DNA of 64,000 nt from Candidatus Iainarchaeum sp. (GTDB taxonomy: Archaea > Iainarchaeota > Iainarchaeia > Iainarchaeales > JAXPJC01): assembly GCA_016187745.1 (NCBI GenBank), contig JACPJC010000005.1, positions 118,659-182,658 on the forward strand, given 5' to 3'. Positions 56,608 to 64,000 of the stretch are shown here, piece after piece. The notes below the pieces were generated by a model, which searched no databases, was not told the origin of the DNA, and was given only the letters and a program-made list of their open reading frames with translations. The stretch's first letter is position 1. Each line of letters starts with the position of its first letter. The translations under genes were made by a program, and so were the position numbers.

Positions 56608-57603
56608 TTATTCTGCCCCATTTATTAAACCAACCAATACCCTTGCAAGCTTCTCGGAATCATGCCTGAGCCAGTACATTTTTTCCCACAGGGGCTTTCT
56701 TTTCTCGCTTTTCTCCAAAAGGTCTGCAACAATCGGCTTTACGCCTGCGCGCTCAATTCCCTCTTTGGAAAATTTCACAAGGAATGCATTGTCCATCTCA
56801 TATTTTTTCATTGTTCTTCTTGGGGGCTTGCTGCCGTTTATGATCGCATAATCAAGCGCCCCCCTCCCCAAATACTTCAGTACTTCATTCACATGGTCGG
56901 CGGCATCAAAATCATCAGTCAGGCCTGGCTGCGTGACTATATTGCAAACATAAACTTTTTTTGCCCTGCTCTCCCTTACTGCCTTTGCAATTCCGCTTAC
57001 AAGAAAATTTGACAGCACGCTGGTGTGCAGGCTCCCCGGGCCAATAACTACAAGGTCCGCTTTTTTTATTGCATTAATCGCCCCAGGCGCAGCTTTCACA
57101 TTTTTCCTGTCAAGGAAGAGCTCAGCAATCCTCACCTTCCCAAAATTTCTTACATTCGGCTCGCCCTTAACAATTCTCCCATCAGCAAGCCTTGCGCATA
57201 TGTGCACATTCTGAAGTGTTGACGGTATAACCGCGCCCCTGATTGCAAGTATTTTGGCAGATTGCTCCAGCGCTTTGCTGAAGCTGCCTGTCATTTTTGT
57301 GAGCGCGGCAATGAAAAGATTCCCAAAGCTGTATCCTGCAAGCGTTTTTCCATCAGCAAACCTGTATTGGAACAGATCATAAAGCAAATGATCGGAATCA
57401 GCCAATGCAATCAAACAGTTTCTTACATCCCCCGGAGGGGCAATATTCAGCTCTTTCCTTAGCTTCCCTGAGCTTCTCCCCGCATCAGTAACATTTACTA
57501 TTGCGGTAAGGTTTTCAGTATATTTCTTCAGCCCGCGCAGTATGTTGGGAGTTCCTGTGCCCCCGCCTATGGCAACAATTTTCGGTCCGTTTCGCCCGCG
57601 CAT
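56608..57603 (-). CDS. yvcK: YvcK/GlmR-family (UPF0052) protein
   Basis: IGGGTG, DAGRSSG.LR, PPGDVRN, GPGSLHTS, RHD. Confidence 0.9.
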   Translation of the reverse strand: MRGRNGPKIVAIGGGTGTPNILRGLKKYTENLTAIVNVTDAGRSSGKLRKELNIAPPGDVRNCLIALADSDHLLYDLFQYRFADGKTLAGYSFGNLFIAALTKMTGSFSKALEQSAKILAIRGAVIPSTLQNVHICARLADGRIVKGEPNVRNFGKVRIAELFLDRKNVKAAPGAINAIKKADLVVIGPGSLHTSVLSNFLVSGIAKAVRESRAKKVYVCNIVTQPGLTDDFDAADHVNEVLKYLGRGALDYAIINGSKPPRRTMKKYEMDNAFLVKFSKEGIERAGVKPIVADLLEKSEKRKPLWEKMYWLRHDSEKLARVLVGLINGAE

Positions 57604-57759
57604 TCAAGCACCCAATAGCACAATAGCACTTATATGGCACATACCATTCTTAATTATTTCTGATTTTGATTTTTATTGTCCCTTTTGGTACATGGATAGA
57701 AGCGCCGAAATCCAAAGGCAGGTTTAAATATTCCAAAGCCATAAATTATTAAGAGAAAA

Positions 57760-58155
57760 ATGCCACATCAACTTACATTAAAGAGGGAAACAAAAAACCA
57801 GTATAAGCTGGCGCGGAAGGCAGGAGTGCCCGCCGCCAATTTAAAGCACACGCTGGGAATAGCAAGGGCAGAAAGCATTGCGCAAATTGATAGTCTCAAT
57901 ACTTTCCTTATGAGAAAGCATCCGACTACAGGCGCAATAACTTCCCTCATTGACTACAATCTAAACCCGCTGCTTAAGGAAAAAGAAAGACTTTTATCAC
58001 CCGAAGGAATAACCGGCCCTTTAGACAAACTCGAACTTGCCAAGATAAATATACATATTAAGGGATGGGAGTGGCTGAAAGCAAAGTGGCTGCCAAGAAA
58101 AAAAAATAAAAAAGATTTCTCTTATTCTGCTATTATGCCCCACCTGAAGAAGTGA
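57760..58155 (+). CDS. Basic orphan protein
   Basis: 131-aa ORF with its own TATA (TTTAAATA 57723-57730), next to the tRNA-Val 3' end. Confidence 0.65.
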   Translation: MPHQLTLKRETKNQYKLARKAGVPAANLKHTLGIARAESIAQIDSLNTFLMRKHPTTGAITSLIDYNLNPLLKEKERLLSPEGITGPLDKLELAKINIHIKGWEWLKAKWLPRKKNKKDFSYSAIMPHLKK

Positions 58156-58173
58156 TTATGGAAAATTATAAAG

Positions 58174-58289
58174 TGGGCCCGGCCGGATTCGAACCGACGA
58201 CCTTCTCCACGTCAAGGAGACGTCATTTGCAGAGAGTCCAGAGCAAACAATTTAACATCTGCAACTCTTAGCCGCTAGACGACGAGCCC
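58174..58289 (-). tRNA. tRNA-Val(GAC) with a 43-nt D-loop intron (58227-58269)
   Basis: Acceptor GGGCTCG/CGGGCCC, A73, anticodon arm TCTCC-TTGACGT-GGAGA, T arm GTCGG-TTCGAAT-CCGGC; intron bounded by a bulge-helix-bulge. Confidence 0.92.
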
Positions 58290-58343
58290 TTCCAATAAAG
58301 AACTTGTGCGGTTAAATTTTAAAATATGTGTTTGGCTTTCTCA

Positions 58344-59978
58344 TTACACGTTTTCCCCGTAATAGAGCACATTGTAATCCGCAGCAGTTCCATAAGTCCA
58401 GACATATTCAATGCGCGCGCCAGGGGCTGAGGAAACCCGCAGGCTTGGATAGGAATTCCCCAGATTATTTGAGGTTTTGTTCAGGTTGCCGTCCCAAATT
58501 CCCGAACTGTTGCGCTTCCTGTAGAATATGTCATAATTGTTGTTTGCGTTCCTGTCCACCCACACAACATATGCGTTGTTGCCCGAATCTGCCGCAATTG
58601 AGGGATACATGGAATAATTCAGCATGCTGCTCACATTAAAATCCGCGCCCCAGCCGGGAAAACCGCTGCAGTCATTCCCGGAAGGGCAGCTCTTGTATAA
58701 TATTTCAGTATTCCCCGGCTTCGGCTCGTCCTGCCATGCGATATGCACATTATTTCCCGAATCTGCAGCTATGGAAGGATACTGCGAGCCGCTTGAATTA
58801 TTGCTCACATCAACAGCCCCGCTCCACTTGCTTGCATTTGTGCAATCATATTTGCAGGTTTTATACCAAATATCCCATTGCCCATTATTATCGTGCCATG
58901 CAACATGCCTGTTCCCGTCTGCAGAAATTGCAATTGCCGGGTTGTTTGAATATGTGGCATTGTTGCTCAAATTCGCAGCGGCGCCCCAGTTCGCATAATT
59001 GCCGCAATTGCTTGCGCATCTTTTGTAATAAATCTCATTTTGGACGCCTGATTCGTACTCCTGCCAGACAACATTTGCATTGTTGTCAGAGTCCATGGAA
59101 ACAGATGGCAGAATGCTGGAATAATTGCCGGTCCTGCTTATGTTCAGGTCAGCGCTCCAATTGTCAATTGAAGTGCAGCTGCCGCTGCATTGCTTGTAAA
59201 AAATTTCCTGCTTCGGGATTCCAAAGGCAGTGTCATCATCCCACACAACATGTATTGTCCCATCTGAAGCAGCAGCAATTGCCGGAAATCTTGAAGCGCC
59301 TGAATTATCGCTCAGGTTTATTGTGGCGCTCCAGGAGCTTCCGTTATCTGCCGACTGCGTGAAATAAACATCAGGTTTTGTTCCATTCCCATCCTCATAA
59401 ACAAGATAAAGCGTTGCGCCATCCGCGCTTCTTGCGAGCTTGCGCGAATTGTTGTACATTGTCGCATCATAGAATTTTGAATTCAGGTAGAGAGTTCCCT
59501 GCTGCTGCGGCTGTGAAATGCCTATTACTGCAGCCCCGCTTCCTGTGCCGGTGCAGTTTGCTTTTTCACTATGCAGACCAAGCCTTCCCCTCTTGTATGC
59601 GATTGTTATGATGCCGTTATAACTCTGCCCTTCTGAAATGCCGGTATTGCTGCACGCAATATTGAAATCCGCGCCGGAATTTACCGCAGAGGCGCTTGCG
59701 GCGCATATGCTGCCCGCATTGAAATCCCCTGAAGCGCCTGCGCTGATGTCGGTTATTTTATATCCCGTGCCATTGCTGAGATAAAGGGCAAGATTGCCGT
59801 TTGCATCGAGCGCATGGTCCTCATAGGCGAGCTTTTCAAGCCCTGTGCATGTTCCCGCTGTTGGAATTTTTATTATTCCCATAAATATAAGCACGCCAAT
59901 TACCACTGCAATTACAACCAGGGCAAATCCATACGTGGTTAAATATTCAAGCGCAGCCTGCGCTTTTTTATTCAGCAT
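58344..59978 (-). CDS. Class III signal peptide (pilin-like) protein with C-terminal beta-propeller repeats
   Basis: MLNKKAQ|AALEYLTTYG plus hydrophobic helix; about seven repeats of NxS....S..PxIAxDSxxNxHVxWxD...EIxYK. Confidence 0.85.
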   Translation of the reverse strand: MLNKKAQAALEYLTTYGFALVVIAVVIGVLIFMGIIKIPTAGTCTGLEKLAYEDHALDANGNLALYLSNGTGYKITDISAGASGDFNAGSICAASASAVNSGADFNIACSNTGISEGQSYNGIITIAYKRGRLGLHSEKANCTGTGSGAAVIGISQPQQQGTLYLNSKFYDATMYNNSRKLARSADGATLYLVYEDGNGTKPDVYFTQSADNGSSWSATINLSDNSGASRFPAIAAASDGTIHVVWDDDTAFGIPKQEIFYKQCSGSCTSIDNWSADLNISRTGNYSSILPSVSMDSDNNANVVWQEYESGVQNEIYYKRCASNCGNYANWGAAANLSNNATYSNNPAIAISADGNRHVAWHDNNGQWDIWYKTCKYDCTNASKWSGAVDVSNNSSGSQYPSIAADSGNNVHIAWQDEPKPGNTEILYKSCPSGNDCSGFPGWGADFNVSSMLNYSMYPSIAADSGNNAYVVWVDRNANNNYDIFYRKRNSSGIWDGNLNKTSNNLGNSYPSLRVSSAPGARIEYVWTYGTAADYNVLYYGENV

Positions 59979-60011
59979 AAATCTAAGACAGCATTTGAGT
60001 ATTTATTTGTT

Positions 60012-61904
60012 TCAGCGCCAGTCCAGTTCCTGCCTCTTCTGCCTTATTGCCTGCAGCATTGCGCCCGCGGCCTTTTCAGGAGTTTCTGCGAGCAGAACCC
60101 TTGCCCCGGTAATTTTCTCCAAATCCTGCGTGAGGATTTTTGAAATCAGCTTTGAGCCGGTTACCTCAGGAATCGGATTCACGTGCAGCGTAATTCCCAG
60201 AGCCAAAAAGAAGGTTCCGATTGCAAGCGCCTTCTCGGTTGCATATTCGGGCGCGCTTCCCGCAATTGGCAGCTTATAAATCGGGATTTTTGTTTTTTCG
60301 GAAACCATTTCAAGAAGAGCGGAAATCCTGCTGTTGTCAACACAACTCCCGAAATGCAGGCACGCAGGCAAAGTGCTCAGCCCATTTGAATTTCCAATTG
60401 CTTTCAGCACATTCCTTAGTTTTGCCCCCGCATATTTCACAGAGCCCTCATTCATCAGTCCAGCCTGCGCAGCCGCATGCGCCCAGCACCCTGTGCCAAT
60501 TACAAGCACATTGTTTTTCAGAAGAATTTTTGTTAGTTCCTCGTGAAAATTACCTTTAACCTTCAGGTTCCTGCAGCCTGCAATTGCCGCAATCCCATAG
60601 ATATCCCCTGATTTTAATGCATCAACCAATGGCTTGAGGGGGTTAGCTGCATTTACTTTCGCAAGAGCATTTATTAATGATTCAACCCCGAATCCCGCAT
60701 ATAATTCATTTTTTTCCTTGGGAATGAACACCTTTGCGGGGTCGCGCTTTTTGTATGCCTCAATCGCCTCCATTACAATCTTCTTTGCGCTTTTGTTTGC
60801 AGAATGCACTGTAAAGGGAATGTGCTTTGCCCCCGGAATCTTAACAAAATCCATTGTCGTAATCAGCTTGGTGTGATAGCACTGCGCAACATCCTGAAGC
60901 GCGGGAAAAATGCACTGCATATCAACCGCGATCGCATCCGCGGCGCCCGTAACAATGGCAAGCTCCTGCTGGAGCATATGCCCTGCAACCGGTATCCCCT
61001 GCCTCTCAAGCGCCTCATGGCCAGAGCAGCACATTCCAACGACATTTATGCCCCTTGCCCCTGCCTTTTTTGCCTGCGCCTCCAGCTTCCTTGCGAATTC
61101 CACAACCTTGATGCCCAATAAAGGCACATGCCCATGCACAATTATATTAACCTTGCCTTCATCCAGCACCCCTAAATTGCATGTGCTTTTTGTTATTCTC
61201 GGGGAACCAAAAACAACATCCTGCAAATCAGAAGCCATTGCCAATCCCGAATAACCATCAGCAAGCGCAACCCTCAGCGCATCAATCATAATGTCCGCGG
61301 GATCAGCATCGCAGCCCATTGTTGTCTGGTTGAGCGCATGTGAGGTTTCAGCATCAGCATTCACTGGCAGAATATTGAGTTTTTTCCATTTTTCAATCCT
61401 TTCCTTTGTTGCATGAATGCGCAGCCAATTTAAATATTTCCCCTCGGGCTTCAAAAAAAGCCCCTGCTGCCTTCGGAAATCCCCGAGCGCCTCAAGCGCA
61501 ACCTCTTTTGCAATTTTTTTCGCGGGCTTGCTTGTTTTGATGCCCAATTTTCCCGCAAGATTTTTCAGTTTTGCAGCATCAGCAATTCCATAATCATGCG
61601 TTCTTCCTTCCGCTATTTCAAGCAGCGCAAGCGCAATTTCTTTCGCGTGGTCAGTATGCCCTGTTGTTCCTGCGGCAACGCTTCTCAGGAAATTGCGCGC
61701 AACAATCAAATCAGCGCCCGCACCGCAAATTCCTTTCTCTGCCTTTCCGGGAATAATTCTGCACGGCCCCTGAAAGCAGTTCTTGCAGCATGTTCCATTA
61801 AGCCCCCACAGACACTGGGGCTGCTGCTTCTCATAGCGCGCACTGACAAGCTCAATATTTTCCTTAGAGGCCTTTTCAAGAAGCGCCTTGTTCAGTTCGG
61901 GCAT
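60012..61904 (-). CDS. cooS: Anaerobic Ni,Fe carbon monoxide dehydrogenase catalytic subunit
   Basis: QPQC..G..GTCCKNCFQGPC..GICG (D/B clusters), GHTDH, VHGH, GMCCSG, DMQC, AGCRN, TGCW, GSCVDNSR, TEKA (C-cluster ligands and catalytic His/Lys). Confidence 0.93.
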   Translation of the reverse strand: MPELNKALLEKASKENIELVSARYEKQQPQCLWGLNGTCCKNCFQGPCRIIPGKAEKGICGAGADLIVARNFLRSVAAGTTGHTDHAKEIALALLEIAEGRTHDYGIADAAKLKNLAGKLGIKTSKPAKKIAKEVALEALGDFRRQQGLFLKPEGKYLNWLRIHATKERIEKWKKLNILPVNADAETSHALNQTTMGCDADPADIMIDALRVALADGYSGLAMASDLQDVVFGSPRITKSTCNLGVLDEGKVNIIVHGHVPLLGIKVVEFARKLEAQAKKAGARGINVVGMCCSGHEALERQGIPVAGHMLQQELAIVTGAADAIAVDMQCIFPALQDVAQCYHTKLITTMDFVKIPGAKHIPFTVHSANKSAKKIVMEAIEAYKKRDPAKVFIPKEKNELYAGFGVESLINALAKVNAANPLKPLVDALKSGDIYGIAAIAGCRNLKVKGNFHEELTKILLKNNVLVIGTGCWAHAAAQAGLMNEGSVKYAGAKLRNVLKAIGNSNGLSTLPACLHFGSCVDNSRISALLEMVSEKTKIPIYKLPIAGSAPEYATEKALAIGTFFLALGITLHVNPIPEVTGSKLISKILTQDLEKITGARVLLAETPEKAAGAMLQAIRQKRQELDWR

Positions 61905-61935
61905 TTTGCTCTATTGTGTATAATGCCCAACTTGT

Positions 61936-62664
61936 TTATAAGAATTGCTGAGCAATTAGCAGCAGGGCAATCAGCACCGGCTGGTGGATGAAGTAAATAA
62001 CCAGTGAATGCCTTCCGAGCCACTCAAATTTATTTGCGAATATTGGCTTTTGCATTTGTTTTATGCTTATTGCGCGCCCTGCGTTTTTGTAAAGCATGTT
62101 TCCCAAAAATATTCCTATCAATATAACCCCGAACCACGGGAGCAGGGGATAGTAATCAAATGTGTAAAATCCCCTGAACAAAAACCCGAGCCACACAAGC
62201 CAGGGGAAATTGAACACAAGCGCCTGCAAGTAAGCGCCGATTGCAATGAATGCAATTCCCAGCAGCGCATTTGCATATTTCAATTTTACAAACAGGATTG
62301 AAAGTATTATTGAAGCCCCAATAAGATGAAGCACGCCGAAAATTATTGTTCCCTGCGGCACAAAAATAAAGGTCATCAGCGTTATGAGCAGCCCCAGCCC
62401 GAAAATCCTCGCCCCGCGCTTCAGGAATTTCATTTTATAGCCAATTTTTTCAGCAACCGCATTATTGTGGCTTATCGTGAGGCATATCCCGACAAGTAGG
62501 AGAAATGAAATTGCGGTTATTTTCTGAAAGAGCCCCCAAAATCCGACGTAGAGCGGCTGCTGAATTATACCGAAATAATTCAAATCCCAGAGGAAATGGA
62601 AAACTATCATCATCACTACTGCAATTCCCCTGAGGAAATCCAATTCCCAGAACCTAATTTCCAT
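61936..62664 (-). CDS. DUF1624 / HGSNAT-like membrane acyltransferase
   Basis: RFWELDFLRGIA..MMIVFH, FGVLH.IG, DYYPLLPW, LGRHSL.IY.IHQP. Confidence 0.9.
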   Translation of the reverse strand: MEIRFWELDFLRGIAVVMMIVFHFLWDLNYFGIIQQPLYVGFWGLFQKITAISFLLLVGICLTISHNNAVAEKIGYKMKFLKRGARIFGLGLLITLMTFIFVPQGTIIFGVLHLIGASIILSILFVKLKYANALLGIAFIAIGAYLQALVFNFPWLVWLGFLFRGFYTFDYYPLLPWFGVILIGIFLGNMLYKNAGRAISIKQMQKPIFANKFEWLGRHSLVIYFIHQPVLIALLLIAQQFL

Positions 62665-62672
62665 AATTGAAA

Positions 62673-63113
62673 TTAATACTCAAGCCTGTTAACCCAGTTC
62701 GGCACTTTTGGATTTTGCGCAACATCATACTGCGGGGTGAAAGGCTTTATGTCAATTATTGGCGTTCCATCAATAACATCAAGCCCCTTTACCTTCAGCA
62801 CGTTTCCCTTGCGCCCGAGCAGTTTCACTGTGCTTATTCCTATCGGATTTGGCCTTCCCGGGCATCTGCATGCGAGAATTCCAACAAGCGGAACATCCTC
62901 CCTCCCCTGAGGATGATGCTTTATAACTTTGTGCTTTACTTTGTCCATCCAGTATATCACTATTATGTGCGAGTAATCTTCTATGCCGTCAAGCGCTTCA
63001 GTGAATTTTTTATCCATTGCAATTTCAGAAACCACATCGCGCCATCTGCCAAAGTGAGGCTGCTTTTCTGAATTCTTCACAAGTCCGATTGGCTTTATAC
63101 TTATGTTTGCCAT
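62673..63113 (-). CDS. tsaA: tRNA m6t6A37 methyltransferase TrmO (TsaA)-like protein
   Basis: PIG.V, SHIIVIYW, RPNPIG.S.V, GLD.IDGTPIIDIKP. Confidence 0.9.
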   Translation of the reverse strand: MANISIKPIGLVKNSEKQPHFGRWRDVVSEIAMDKKFTEALDGIEDYSHIIVIYWMDKVKHKVIKHHPQGREDVPLVGILACRCPGRPNPIGISTVKLLGRKGNVLKVKGLDVIDGTPIIDIKPFTPQYDVAQNPKVPNWVNRLEY

Positions 63114-63129
63114 ACAATATCCTCCTTAT

Positions 63130-64000
63130 TTATTTTATTTTTGCCCTGTAAGTGCGCATTAAAAGCGAATTCCCAACAACACTAATGCTGCTGAATGCCA
63201 TTGCAGCAGCGGCAATCACAGGATTCAGCAGAATCCCGAAAGGCGCATAAAGAATTCCTGCAGCAATGGGGATTCCCGCACTATTGTAAATGAATGCCCA
63301 GAACAAATTCTGCTTTATTTTCCTTATGGTGTATGCGCTCAAATCAATTGCTGTTACCACATCCCTCAAATCGTCCTTTATCAGCACAATATTGCCAGTT
63401 TCCATTGCAATGTCAGTCCCCGAGCCGATTGCAATTCCAATATCCGCCTGCGCCAATGCAGGCGCATCATTAATCCCATCGCCCACAAACGCAACAGTTT
63501 TCCCATGCTTCTGCAGTTTCTTCACTTCATCCGCCTTCTGCGCAGGAAGAACATTTGCAAGCACCACATCAATCCCGAGGGATTTTGCAATTGCTTTCCC
63601 CACTCTCTCATTGTCACCGGTTATTATTGCAACCTCCTTCCCCATTTCATGCAGCATCTTCACGGCCTCTTTTGAATATTCCTTGAGGGTGTCGGCAACG
63701 GCAATTATGCCAATCGCCTTCCCCTCATATGAAATGCGCATTGCGGTCTTGCCCTGATTTTCAATCTCGGCAATCTTATTTTCAAGATGCGCAAAGCTGA
63801 TTTTGTTTTTATCCATGAGCAATTTATTTCCCACAAGGATTTTCTGCTTGTATGTTGCCTTAACTCCCATTCCGGGAAGCGCCTCAAATTGCTTAGCCTC
63901 AGAAACGCGCAGTTTTTTCTGCTTCGCCTTTCTTACTATTGCCTCCCCGAGCGGATGCTCCGAGGCATATTCTGCAATGGCTGCAATTCTCAGCAGTTCA
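63130..64000 (-). CDS. copA: Copper-translocating P1B-type ATPase, 5' part outside the window
   Basis: Frame stays open to the window edge: SEHPLG, ITGDN, VGDGINDAPAL, NLFWAFIYN, MAFSS. Confidence 0.93.
   Translation of the reverse strand, partial: ELLRIAAIAEYASEHPLGEAIVRKAKQKKLRVSEAKQFEALPGMGVKATYKQKILVGNKLLMDKNKISFAHLENKIAEIENQGKTAMRISYEGKAIGIIAVADTLKEYSKEAVKMLHEMGKEVAIITGDNERVGKAIAKSLGIDVVLANVLPAQKADEVKKLQKHGKTVAFVGDGINDAPALAQADIGIAIGSGTDIAMETGNIVLIKDDLRDVVTAIDLSAYTIRKIKQNLFWAFIYNSAGIPIAAGILYAPFGILLNPVIAAAAMAFSSISVVGNSLLMRTYRAKIK

Noticed and set aside
57700-58340. Integrated element at tRNA-Val (also considered for tRNA-Ala and tRNA-Cys)
   Set aside because: No duplicated tRNA 3' end and no integrase seen in the window.

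Overview
A gene-dense archaeal chromosome segment of mostly core genes. Gene content and style (S_layer_N/C S-layer protein, KKAQ|AALEYL-type class III prepilin, tandem Lrp regulator, intron-containing tRNAs, many basic orphan ORFs) suggest a DPANN archaeon, possibly Iainarchaeota/Diapherotrites; this placement is inference. It encodes an S-layer gene with adjacent glycosylation genes, translation genes (aRF1, TruD, Dph2, L10e, ValRS, MetRS, aIF-1A, aIF-2beta, aIF-5A), replication/division genes (MCM, Topo VI A/B, Mre11, MinD, FtsZ), fermentative metabolism (PpsA, IorAB-AcdA) and a stand-alone Ni-CODH (CooS). Three tRNA genes are present: Cys-GCA with a 47-nt anticodon-loop intron, Val-GAC with a 43-nt D-loop intron, and Ala-GGC with an aberrant anticodon loop. 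No rRNA, CRISPR, transposase or prophage was seen. Most notable: aRF1 has GGF in place of the near-universal GGQ; a 491-aa LAGLIDADG intein sits in the Toprim DxD motif of Top6A; tRNA-Ala has C33/U37; a 24-nt promoter element is shared at identical spacing by mcm and a PIN nuclease gene; there are two acylphosphatase/coiled-coil paralogs, a pair of half-ferritin genes, and a set of Lys/Arg-rich orphan genes placed singly among core genes. All calls come from reading motifs by eye; no database searches were run.
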